From Sphaerothrix gracilis Ecp01 (GTDB lineage Bacteria; Cyanobacteriota; Cyanobacteriia; Phormidesmidales; Phormidesmidaceae), in the NCBI RefSeq assembly GCF_030405905.1, contig NZ_JASATW010000040.1, positions 5,008 through 29,007 of the forward strand: a stretch of DNA of 24,000 nucleotides, given 5' to 3'. The notes beneath the pieces were generated by a model that was not told the DNA's origin, made no database searches, and saw only the letters and a list, made by a program, of their open reading frames with translations. Shown piece by piece: positions 1 to 7,812 of this stretch. The translations under genes and the position numbers were made by a program. The number at the start of each line of letters is the position of its first letter. The first letter of the stretch is position 1.

Positions 1-1341
1 ATCCCCAACTTCTTTTTTAATATAAAGTGATTCTATTAACAGTGTAATCGATTCCTCGTACTGTTCTAATCTATGAAGTATACTTCCAAGATTACCTAAA
101 GAGACAGACTCACCCAGCCTATCTCCTAATTTACGTTTTAGCAGCAATGAATCTTCAAGAAGTTCTATCGCTTTCTCATAATTTTCAAAAATGTAATAGA
201 CATTGGCCAAATTATTGAGAACACGAGATTCGCCTGTAATATCTCCTTCACCAAATAAATTCAATGCTGAATAATAGAAATCTACCGACTTCTCAAAGCT
301 TCCTGATGAAAAATAAGTTTCCCCAATATTGTTGAGTATAACAGCTTCGCTATGTCTGTCGCCTGAAAGCTTGATTATAGCCAGAGCTTCAAAATAAAAA
401 TCAATAGATTTTTCATACATTCCCAAACCAGCATAAATAGAAGCAATATTACTCAGTACTGATGCTGAGTCTATAGCATTAAAATCTAATTCATTGGAAA
501 ATTCTAATATTTCAAGTGCTTCAGAATATTTGCCAGATAGCATTAAGTTTTCGACAACTTCATTGAAAATTATTAGCTCTCCTTGAACATCGCCTATTTC
601 TTGGGTAATTAAAAGAGCGTCATTATAAAGGTTTAATGCTTGTTCATAATTGCCCGATCTACCATATACTCTTGCAAGATTAATGAATGCTTCCCTTTGC
701 ACAGTTTGATCATCCAATGATTCAGAAACTGCTAAGCTTTGCTCAAAGTAATTAATAGATTCTGAGTAGTTTGATAAAGTAAGATAAACTCTGCCTAAAC
801 TATTAAGGTTGGCTATTATACTTAAATCGTCAGGACTCAGGGAGTTGGTGCGGATTTCTAAGGCCCTTTCATATAAACTAAGAGCTTCAGCATAAGCTCC
901 TTGAAATTCATAAATTGCAGCTAATTTATCAAGAATAATAGCTATTTTTGGATGCTGTTCTCCTAACAGTTCATAGTAAATTTCGAGAGATTGTTGATAT
1001 AAAATAGTCGCTTGCTGATAGTTGTTGAGAGAGTGGTAAGCGCTTCCCAAATTATCTAGGGCCTCAGCTTGCCTAATTTCTTCGCTAATTTCTCTGTAAA
1101 TCTCCAACGCCTGCTGCCAAGACTCGATCGCCGCTTGAAACTCACCAGCCTGATACTGCTGACGGCCCAGTTCCAACAAGCGATCGCCCTCAGCTCTGCG
1201 TTCCGAGTTGCTGTCTGCTTGCGCTAACAATGGACTCGCCAGCTTGAGACCCAATTCTTGAGAAAAGCCTGGTTGTGGAATAGTAGGAACGCTCAGCGCC
1301 GCGATCGCCGCCAAACCAAACAGCCTCGCTAAATACTTCAT
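1..1341 (-). CDS. Tetratricopeptide-repeat (TPR) protein with a signal-peptide-like N-terminus. Partial: the 3' end runs off the left edge, 447 codons are visible.
   Basis: Absent from the supplied ORF track because it is open-ended. Manual minus-strand translation from the ATG at 1341-1339 stays open to base 1. It starts MKYLARLFGLAAIAALSVPTIPQ, followed by many ~40-aa TPR-type units such as AEALDNLGSAYHSLNNYQQATILYQQSLEIY, EAVILNNIGETYFSSGSFEKSVDFYYSAL and SRVLNNLANVYYIFENYEKAIELLEDSL. Confidence 0.8.
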   Translation of the reverse strand, partial: MKYLARLFGLAAIAALSVPTIPQPGFSQELGLKLASPLLAQADSNSERRAEGDRLLELGRQQYQAGEFQAAIESWQQALEIYREISEEIRQAEALDNLGSAYHSLNNYQQATILYQQSLEIYYELLGEQHPKIAIILDKLAAIYEFQGAYAEALSLYERALEIRTNSLSPDDLSIIANLNSLGRVYLTLSNYSESINYFEQSLAVSESLDDQTVQREAFINLARVYGRSGNYEQALNLYNDALLITQEIGDVQGELIIFNEVVENLMLSGKYSEALEILEFSNELDFNAIDSASVLSNIASIYAGLGMYEKSIDFYFEALAIIKLSGDRHSEAVILNNIGETYFSSGSFEKSVDFYYSALNLFGEGDITGESRVLNNLANVYYIFENYEKAIELLEDSLLLKRKLGDRLGESVSLGNLGSILHRLEQYEESITLLIESLYIKKEVGD

Positions 1342-1590
1342 CGTCAGCCTGGCTCCCTTCCCACGAGCTACCACCAATCAGCATATAGGTCTCGGCAGAA
1401 AATACTTATTCAACTTTTGGCAATCTTTGAGAAAGATCAAGTTCAGAAACACAGCCAAAGCGATCGCCTACCTAGAGTCAAAATCAGTCAACCAATAGCA
1501 CGCTATGAGCAAGCTGCAGTCTCATGCTTGTTAAGTGTCAAAACTGATTACACGGGGGCGTCACGAACCATCACTCAGTCGATAAACTAA

Positions 1591-1793
1591 GGCATCGTTG
1601 TGCAACCATCATGATGCAGTGCCCTCATTGTCATTCCGAAGATATCCGAATCCGTTGTAACCAGACGACCAGCCTGGGCTATCCATTGCATTTTTGCCGC
1701 AGTTGCCAGCGCAGCTTCAACGAGTGGACGGGTACGCCGTTCAACCATATTAAGGTGCCGACCGATATCGTCTTTAGCAGGCATTTCTGTTGA
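1591..1793 (+). pseudogene. IS6-family insertion-sequence remnant: terminal IR-like sequence plus an N-terminal zinc-ribbon fragment of the transposase, truncated after 60 aa.
   Basis: The 60-aa ORF MMQCPHCHSEDI...CRSCQRSFNEWTGTPFNHIKVPTDIV matches the CxxC...CxxC...FNERTGTPF...PTDIV N-terminus typical of IS6-family transposases. The DDE domain is absent. GGCATCGTTGTGCAA at 1591-1605, just upstream of the ATG, resembles the IS26-type terminal repeat GGCACTGTTGCAAA (from memory). Confidence 0.55.
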
Positions 1794-2021
1794 TTTAGGC
1801 AATATGCTGCTGCTGTAGTCATTAGGCAACGCCGTGTTGCTTTAATAACAATCAGAATGTTTCTGAAATCAGAATAATCTTTCAGGTGGAGACTTGTGCG
1901 ATCGCACTATCGCCCATAAAGCCAGCTAATTCTGTGGATTCGCTAAAAAAAAATCTAAGATTTGCTGAATTTATACTCTGGCATCTGTTGATATGGGAGA
2001 AGCCCTCTCTCACAGATAGCC

Positions 2022-2399
2022 ATGTCCCAGCCAATCGGCCTCAGTGAACTGATTCAGCAAGTTAAAAAGGAACTGCTAGCTCCTGTACTGGATAGAAAAT
2101 CAGATCCCCCCATTCTGTTTGTCGAATCGGTCGAACTGGAGCTGCAGGTGACCGCACGACGCGAAGGCAATGCCGGTATCAAAATCGATGTTCTCTCAGT
2201 CGGTGGCGGTGAAGCCGGTGGCGGCGTCAGTCACGAGAAAGCCCATACGGTGAAAGTTCAGCTATCGCCTTTATTCGATAAGGCCCAATTGCTGGAGTGG
2301 TATAAAGATCTCTATGGAGATGAGATTATGCCAGCGGTTAAGCGGAGTATGGAGGCTTTACTCAAAGGGGATGAAAGCAACATAGCCGACCGCTACTAG
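2022..2399 (+). CDS. trypco2-family small protein (trypsin co-occurring domain 2), predicted partner or regulator of the adjacent CHAT peptidase.
   Basis: 125-aa ORF. The pattern LSELIQQVKKEL...ILFVESVELELQVTARREGNAGIKIDVLSVGGGEAGGGVSHEKAHTVKVQL matches the trypco2 family as I remember it (E-rich helix, then VELEL...V strands with a G-rich loop). Its stop at 2397-2399 lies 1 nt before the CHAT ATG at 2401. Confidence 0.7.
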   Translation: MSQPIGLSELIQQVKKELLAPVLDRKSDPPILFVESVELELQVTARREGNAGIKIDVLSVGGGEAGGGVSHEKAHTVKVQLSPLFDKAQLLEWYKDLYGDEIMPAVKRSMEALLKGDESNIADRY

Positions 2400-2400
2400 G

Positions 2401-4026
2401 ATGATGAAGCACCTAGAAATCTACTTGTTCCCAATTGATGCTCAGCGCTTTCAGGCAGTGGCAAGCCAGTCTCCCGCCGGAGACGGTTCTGCAGAATCAT
2501 CATTGCCTTTTTGGCAGGGAGCCCTCGACCGCCGCAAGACGCTGATTAAGCTCTTGGAGCTGTCTAGTGGGTTTCGGGCTGAGGCGTTTCCTGACGCTGA
2601 TGAACAAGATTGGATGATTCAAGAATCGCTTTTAGCGCCGGATCGGCAAAGTTTTCATCCTGCTTATTTGGAGACGGTGGGACAGCGCCTCTATCAGGCT
2701 CTATTTCCGGTTGGCAGTAGCTTACGCTCAACATTTGAAACGTCTTTACGCTTGGCTGAGCCTGAGCCAGCTAACGAGGATTTGCACCTGCGGCTGAAGT
2801 TTGCAGCTAACTCGGCTGAGCGATCGCGCTTGGCAGACTATCCCTGGGAACTGCTCCACGATGGTCAGCGTTTTTTATTGCACCATCGTGTTGTCCTTTC
2901 GCGCTACCTTGCCTATGAGGCTCTCCCGCCAGCGTTGCCATCGCAAGCGCAACTGCGAGTTTTATTAATATCCTCCACGGCTTCTGATCCAGCTCAAGGA
3001 CTAATCAAGCTACCCGAGACTGAGCAGCAGGCAATTCGTCAGGGATTGTCTAAGGCTGAGACTTCTGGAGTGATTGCATTAGAGTCGTTATCCCCGGTGA
3101 CTCGTCGAGGGTTGAGCATCTATCTAACTGACTGTGATCCGTCGTTACGCCCTCAGGTGATTCATTTTGATGGTCACGGGCTCTATGGCAAGCGGTGTAT
3201 CAATCCTGACTGTCGGCAGATGCACAATAGTACCAAGGTCGAGCGCTGCCGCCGGTGTCAGCACCTATTACCCGACTCAGAAGGCTTTCTGCTGTTTAAA
3301 GGGGAGTCAGGCGGATCAGACTATGTGAGTGCTCGGGAGTTTGCGGCTTTACTGCCGTCGGGAGTGGCTTTGGTGGTTCTCAGTGCCTGTCAATCGGGCA
3401 TGGCTGTGGCGGGAGAGTCGCTGTTTAACGGCACGGCTCAGCAGCTAATCGATGCCCGCATACCGGCTGTGGTGGCAATGCAGTACATGGTTAGGGTAGA
3501 TGCGGCCAGCCAGTTTTCCGAGCAGTTTTACCGGGTGCTGGGAAAGAAGGAACCGCTGGTGGTAGCACTGCGGGAGGGGCGGAAGTGGATGATGGAGTTG
3601 GTAAATCAGTGGTATCGACCGGTGCTTTATCTGCGCTGGCGGGATAATGGAGGGGGGCAGTTGTTTCAGGAAATGCTGGAACCCGAGCTATCAGATTCTT
3701 CTAAATTCTACGACTCGCAAATCGCACCACCGACACCTTTGCTGCCGCGCTCGGAGTGGCTTCGTCTCTATCAGGATTTGATGAATGCTTTTGAGGATAC
3801 AGATGATTTTCAAAAGATGTTGGAGCTGTATGTAGGAGAAAACTTTGAGGCACTATCCTCGCGGTACAAGCCTTATGACAACCGGGTGCTCGATACCGTA
3901 AAAAGGCTGAATGGAGAAGGGAAAAGCGTGGCGCTGGTGAGTGGAGCCGTGCAGGCTAAGCCACAGAGTCCACACTTGCAGTATTGGCGTGACTGGCTAA
4001 ACCGTTTAGAAGATGGCACAGCTTAA
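2401..4026 (+). CDS. CHAT-domain (caspase-like Cys/His) peptidase with an internal zinc ribbon and a C-terminal effector-associated (death-like helical) domain.
   Basis: Catalytic dyad motifs are VIHFDGHG (His codon 3175-3177) and VVLSACQSG (Cys codon 3388-3390). A CxxC...CxxC insert (CINPDC...CRRC, 3196-3257) sits between them. The C-terminal ~95 aa (about 3739-4026) is helical: EWLRLYQDLMNAFEDTDDFQKMLELYVGENFEAL...VLDTVKRLNGEGKSVALV. Confidence 0.85.
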   Translation: MMKHLEIYLFPIDAQRFQAVASQSPAGDGSAESSLPFWQGALDRRKTLIKLLELSSGFRAEAFPDADEQDWMIQESLLAPDRQSFHPAYLETVGQRLYQALFPVGSSLRSTFETSLRLAEPEPANEDLHLRLKFAANSAERSRLADYPWELLHDGQRFLLHHRVVLSRYLAYEALPPALPSQAQLRVLLISSTASDPAQGLIKLPETEQQAIRQGLSKAETSGVIALESLSPVTRRGLSIYLTDCDPSLRPQVIHFDGHGLYGKRCINPDCRQMHNSTKVERCRRCQHLLPDSEGFLLFKGESGGSDYVSAREFAALLPSGVALVVLSACQSGMAVAGESLFNGTAQQLIDARIPAVVAMQYMVRVDAASQFSEQFYRVLGKKEPLVVALREGRKWMMELVNQWYRPVLYLRWRDNGGGQLFQEMLEPELSDSSKFYDSQIAPPTPLLPRSEWLRLYQDLMNAFEDTDDFQKMLELYVGENFEALSSRYKPYDNRVLDTVKRLNGEGKSVALVSGAVQAKPQSPHLQYWRDWLNRLEDGTA

Positions 4027-4078
4027 GCTAGCAGTCGCTTAGGATAGAAGGCATGTTTGCGCCTGAGGATGACTGGGT

Positions 4079-4885
4079 ATGGCTGCTACTGAGAACCTGA
4101 CGCTACATCGCTACACGTGCAGCAATACAGGGTATGTCGAGAAACTGGGGGACGGGGTAACGCTGACTCTCATGCAGATACCTGCTGGGGAGTTTTTGAT
4201 GGGCAGTGCTTCAGATGACCGGAACGGTCAAGATAATGAGCGTCCACAGCATCGGGTGAAGGTGCCGCGATTTTTCATGGGGCGAACTTCGGTGACTCAG
4301 GCTCAGTGGCGGGTGGTAGCAGGCTATGAAAGGGTAGATATTGACCTCGACCTCGCCCCCTCAGGCTTCAAGGGAGATGACTTGCCGGTGGAGCGAGTTA
4401 GTTGGTATGAGGCAACGGAGTTTTGCAAGCGGCTATCGAAGGAATTGAGTCGGCGACACTCGCCTCAAAGCCAGCCACAGTATCGTTTACCCTCAGAAGC
4501 TGAGTGGGAATATGCTTGCCGGGCAGCAACAACGACGACTTATCATTTTGGCGATCAGATCGCAGAAAATTTAGCGAATTACGATGGAGGCCTAGAAAGT
4601 AAGGTTGCCAGCTATCCAGCCAATCTCTGGGGATTGTATGACATGCATGGCAATGTCTGGGAGTGGTGCGAAGACGACTATCACGGTAGCTATGACAAGG
4701 CTCCTACCGATGGCAGCGCCTGGATAGCCGATAAAAATACTGAGTATAAAATACGTCGTGGCGGCTCCTGGCGCTACGACCCGAGGAACTGTCGCTCCGC
4801 GTTCCGCAACGACGGTACCCCGGCCTACCGCAACTACGACATCGGTTTTCGGGTTTGTTGTTCGGCCCCCAGGATTCTTCAGTAG
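4079..4885 (+). CDS. FGE-sulfatase / SUMF1-like (C-type-lectin-fold) domain protein, DGR target 1.
   Basis: Hallmark motifs present: [72 protein letters not shown]. The C-terminal 125 bp is homologous to the TR. Confidence 0.9.
   Translation: MAATENLTLHRYTCSNTGYVEKLGDGVTLTLMQIPAGEFLMGSASDDRNGQDNERPQHRVKVPRFFMGRTSVTQAQWRVVAGYERVDIDLDLAPSGFKGDDLPVERVSWYEATEFCKRLSKELSRRHSPQSQPQYRLPSEAEWEYACRAATTTTYHFGDQIAENLANYDGGLESKVASYPANLWGLYDMHGNVWEWCEDDYHGSYDKAPTDGSAWIADKNTEYKIRRGGSWRYDPRNCRSAFRNDGTPAYRNYDIGFRVCCSAPRILQ
4757..4880 (+). repeat. DGR variable repeat VR1.
   Basis: Aligns codon-for-codon with the TR at 14878-15002. Most differences fall at TR adenines (AAC to CGC, TAC, GAC, ACC). It has about 4 non-adenine differences by hand count, more than the other VRs. 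Confidence 0.75.
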
Positions 4886-4924
4886 CTCTTTATACTCTTG
4901 CCCTTTTGCTCTCTGCAGAAAAAA
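4881..4924 (+). promoter_or_regulatory. Conserved post-VR element, copy 1 (candidate DGR target-recognition flank).
   Basis: AGTAGCTCTTTATACTCTTGCCCTTTTGCTCTCTGCAGAAAA. Near-identical copies follow all four VRs, but nothing similar follows the TR. Confidence 0.5.
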
Positions 4925-5104
4925 TTTGCGTTCTTTTTCATTCGCCGTTAGGCGATCGCACTTTGCTATCAAATTCGGTGCTAGTCGTCTTTAGTGCCAA
5001 AAACTTGGTTAAAGTAGGGCATAAAGCCGGAAACTAGGCTAAATAGCTTGAAGAGCATAGAAGCTGTAGAAGCTGGTAGAGTACAGACTGCCTAGGGTGA
5101 GGTA

Positions 5105-6592
5105 ATGGCAGGGTTGGAGAGGAAAGACATCAAAGCGTTAAGAGATGCAATCTATTCGGTTTATCCAAACCATGACCGTTTTGAGATGTTTATTGCACTC
5201 GACGTTGATTCTGAGCAGCTCTGTGCAAGCGATCGCTCCGAAATTAAGATAGCGATCTTTAGGCTGATTCAGCAGGCTGAAAGTATAGGGGAAACAGAAA
5301 AGCTTCTTATCGGACTGCGAGATGCTAGCGAGGTCGAAAAACGAGAGGATATTCAGCAGTTATGTGATGATCTTCTTTTCAAACTGCAACCCACGGTTGA
5401 TCAAGAGAAACTGTCTATTGCAAAACCAGATCTAAATAGCTTATTTCAGCAGTTTGACGCAGCAATAGATTTCCCCTATATTCAAATCGCCTTTTATAGT
5501 GCATTTCAGACAGTTTTTGCTCGCTCTTTCTTCGAAATGCGCCCCGATCGCCCCTCTACTAATTCGTTAGCAGCAATCAGGAGACTTCTGGAAATTTATT
5601 CGGCAGAACTGGCTATTCGATTTGCGGAATACGCTCTTGAAGAGCTATCTCGTTCTCCTCTAGGAATGGGGAGGCAAAACTCGCAGTCTTTCTTTCAAGC
5701 CATAGACGACTGGCGACAGCGTATGGCCAACGAATTTGGTATTACAAGCCCGCTACCTAAAAAGATTCCTCAAGATTCTCAGGGATATTTGCTTGTAGCA
5801 TTTGACGCGCCACGACCAGATCTGTCTGATATCAGCATGACTGCAGAGTTGTACAGGGGGGAAGAAGCTTACTTTGGTCAGCCTGATGCGCCTCAATATT
5901 GCTGCAAGATTGAGGAAGCGGCCAATCGTCTATCTCAATGGATACTATCCGCTACAGAAAAACTAGCAGCTCAGAACTGTAAGCTTGACTGTATAGAACT
6001 GTTCTTGCCTTGCCATCACATAGAAAGTCTTACTGATGTTGCTGATGACTGGGAGGTGCATAATCTTCAGGGGCGATCGCGGCCTTTTGGGTCTCGAAAC
6101 TACATTATTCGCTCTTTGGAGCGGGCTGCTCAGGAACCCACTCAGGTCTGCCTTGCTAAGAATTGGGTTCAGCTTGAGCAATGTAAAAACAAAGATGTCT
6201 GCGACCACTTTCATCTTCAAAGAGATTGCCCAAAAGTAGGCGATTTGGAAGGATTGGAAGCATCTGGATTAAACTTGGTTGCTGATCTCTCCTCTAACAA
6301 GGGTGAACGTCAAGAGATTCTCTTCGACATTATTAACTCTGGGGTGCCTATTACGTTTTGGTTTGGTCCAAATAATCAACAAACGTCAGAAAAACGACTA
6401 AAAAGCTTGAAAGATGCGTTGAAAGATGTCGATCTGACGAACTTTGTGGGGCTAGCACAAGCTTGGAGAACAATTCGTGCTCGGGCTAATGTAAGACTGC
6501 TAGTGGATTGCCCGCACCGCCGTCCGAGCCTACCCGATCCTGAAAATCGGGAAGATGATGATTCTCTAGTGTCTGAGACGCTTAGCCCCTAG
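5105..6592 (+). CDS. VMAP-like adaptor (vWA-MoxR associated protein) with an N-terminal effector-associated domain.
   Basis: 495-aa ORF immediately upstream of the MoxR and vWA genes. Its N-terminal ~75 aa (KDIKALRDAIYSVYPNHDRFEMFIALDVDSEQL...IFRLIQQAESIGETEKLLIGL) has the same helical pattern as the CHAT C-terminus. The call rests mainly on gene context; I recognise no catalytic motif. Confidence 0.55.
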   Translation: MAGLERKDIKALRDAIYSVYPNHDRFEMFIALDVDSEQLCASDRSEIKIAIFRLIQQAESIGETEKLLIGLRDASEVEKREDIQQLCDDLLFKLQPTVDQEKLSIAKPDLNSLFQQFDAAIDFPYIQIAFYSAFQTVFARSFFEMRPDRPSTNSLAAIRRLLEIYSAELAIRFAEYALEELSRSPLGMGRQNSQSFFQAIDDWRQRMANEFGITSPLPKKIPQDSQGYLLVAFDAPRPDLSDISMTAELYRGEEAYFGQPDAPQYCCKIEEAANRLSQWILSATEKLAAQNCKLDCIELFLPCHHIESLTDVADDWEVHNLQGRSRPFGSRNYIIRSLERAAQEPTQVCLAKNWVQLEQCKNKDVCDHFHLQRDCPKVGDLEGLEASGLNLVADLSSNKGERQEILFDIINSGVPITFWFGPNNQQTSEKRLKSLKDALKDVDLTNFVGLAQAWRTIRARANVRLLVDCPHRRPSLPDPENREDDDSLVSETLSP

Positions 6593-6606
6593 TCCCTTGC
6601 TCGCCC

Positions 6607-7812
6607 ATGACCTGGAAATACAAGTACTTTCAAGGAAACTGCCATAGTGCTCAGCCTTCTGGCATGAAGCAGCCCCCTGAAGCTCCCCCCTGGCGGCGAT
6701 TTTTGCCGCGAGAAGAATTTCTTACGCAGCAACAGGCCCAGAAGCAGGCTGACGAGCAGGAACAGACCAAAGATGAAATCTACTGGACAAAGCTTCAGAA
6801 TCTCGCCGACGAAGATACACGGGCTATTCAACGGGGCAAGAGCTTTCGCATTTCTACTGGTAAAGAAGGAATGGCGGTGATTGATGCAGTCAATGCTGCG
6901 ATTCATCTACGGCGACCGCTGTTAGTAACGGGTGCCCCCGGCTCTGGTAAAACCTCACTGGCCTACGCGATCGCCTATGAGCTTCAACTGGGTCCCGTCC
7001 TCACTTGGCCCATTACTGCTCGCTCTAATTTGGTCGATGCTGAATATCGCTATGACGCTATTGCCCGTCTGCAGGACGCTCAGCTCGACAAAACCCGTAA
7101 TTTGATTGACTTAGCTGTTTTACTAGGTGTCGATGTTTCCCGTTTGCAAGAGGCCCAACTTGACAAAACTCGTCAAGGGGCAGCAACTCCGGAGGAAGGC
7201 GACTTGGGCGACTATATTCAGCTTGGCCCAGTGGGGACGGCCTTTTTGCCCTCCCTGCGGCCTCGGGTGTTGCTGATTGACGAAATTGATAAAAGTGACC
7301 TGAACCTACCCAATGACTTGCTCAACCTGTTTGAAGAAGGAGAATTTGAAATTCCAGAGCTGGTGCGTCGTAAGCGGCGTGGGCAAGATACCGACGATCC
7401 CAACGCCACCGTCACGGTACGCACTGCCGATAAAGAGATGGAGGCTCCCGTTACGAATGGTCGGGTGAAGTGCTGCGAATTTCCCATTGTGATCATGACC
7501 AGCAACGGTGAGCGCGACTTTCCCCCTGCTTTCTATCGTCGCTGTTTGCGGGTGCAGATGCCCAGCCCCGACGAAGACTCACTGAAACCGATTGTGCAGT
7601 CTCACTTTGAAGAGAGCGATCGCTGGGATGAGGTAGAGTCGCTTATCCGCAAATTCGTGAGTAAGGATAAGGGCAAAACCTCAGATCGGGCGACCGACCA
7701 GTTGCTCAATGCCGTTTATCTGATGGGGCGTCACCCAGACAGCCTGAGCGCGGATGAAAAAACTCGGCTCCGGGAGTTGTTGTTTCAGTCGTTGGGTGGC
7801 ACCGACGCATGA
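6607..7812 (+). CDS. MoxR-like AAA+ ATPase.
   Basis: Walker A is LLVTGAPGSGKTSLAYA and Walker B is RVLLIDEIDKSD. MTSNGERDFPPAFYRRC looks like the sensor/arginine-finger region. Its stop overlaps the next gene's start in an ATGA at 7809-7812. An internal Met start is possible. Confidence 0.85.
   Translation: MTWKYKYFQGNCHSAQPSGMKQPPEAPPWRRFLPREEFLTQQQAQKQADEQEQTKDEIYWTKLQNLADEDTRAIQRGKSFRISTGKEGMAVIDAVNAAIHLRRPLLVTGAPGSGKTSLAYAIAYELQLGPVLTWPITARSNLVDAEYRYDAIARLQDAQLDKTRNLIDLAVLLGVDVSRLQEAQLDKTRQGAATPEEGDLGDYIQLGPVGTAFLPSLRPRVLLIDEIDKSDLNLPNDLLNLFEEGEFEIPELVRRKRRGQDTDDPNATVTVRTADKEMEAPVTNGRVKCCEFPIVIMTSNGERDFPPAFYRRCLRVQMPSPDEDSLKPIVQSHFEESDRWDEVESLIRKFVSKDKGKTSDRATDQLLNAVYLMGRHPDSLSADEKTRLRELLFQSLGGTDA

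Noticed and set aside
1587-1829. An 80-aa minus-strand ORF, and the 64-aa ORF at 1190-1384.
   Set aside because: The first is antisense to the IS6 transposase fragment. The second is an off-frame overlap of the 5' end of the TPR gene.
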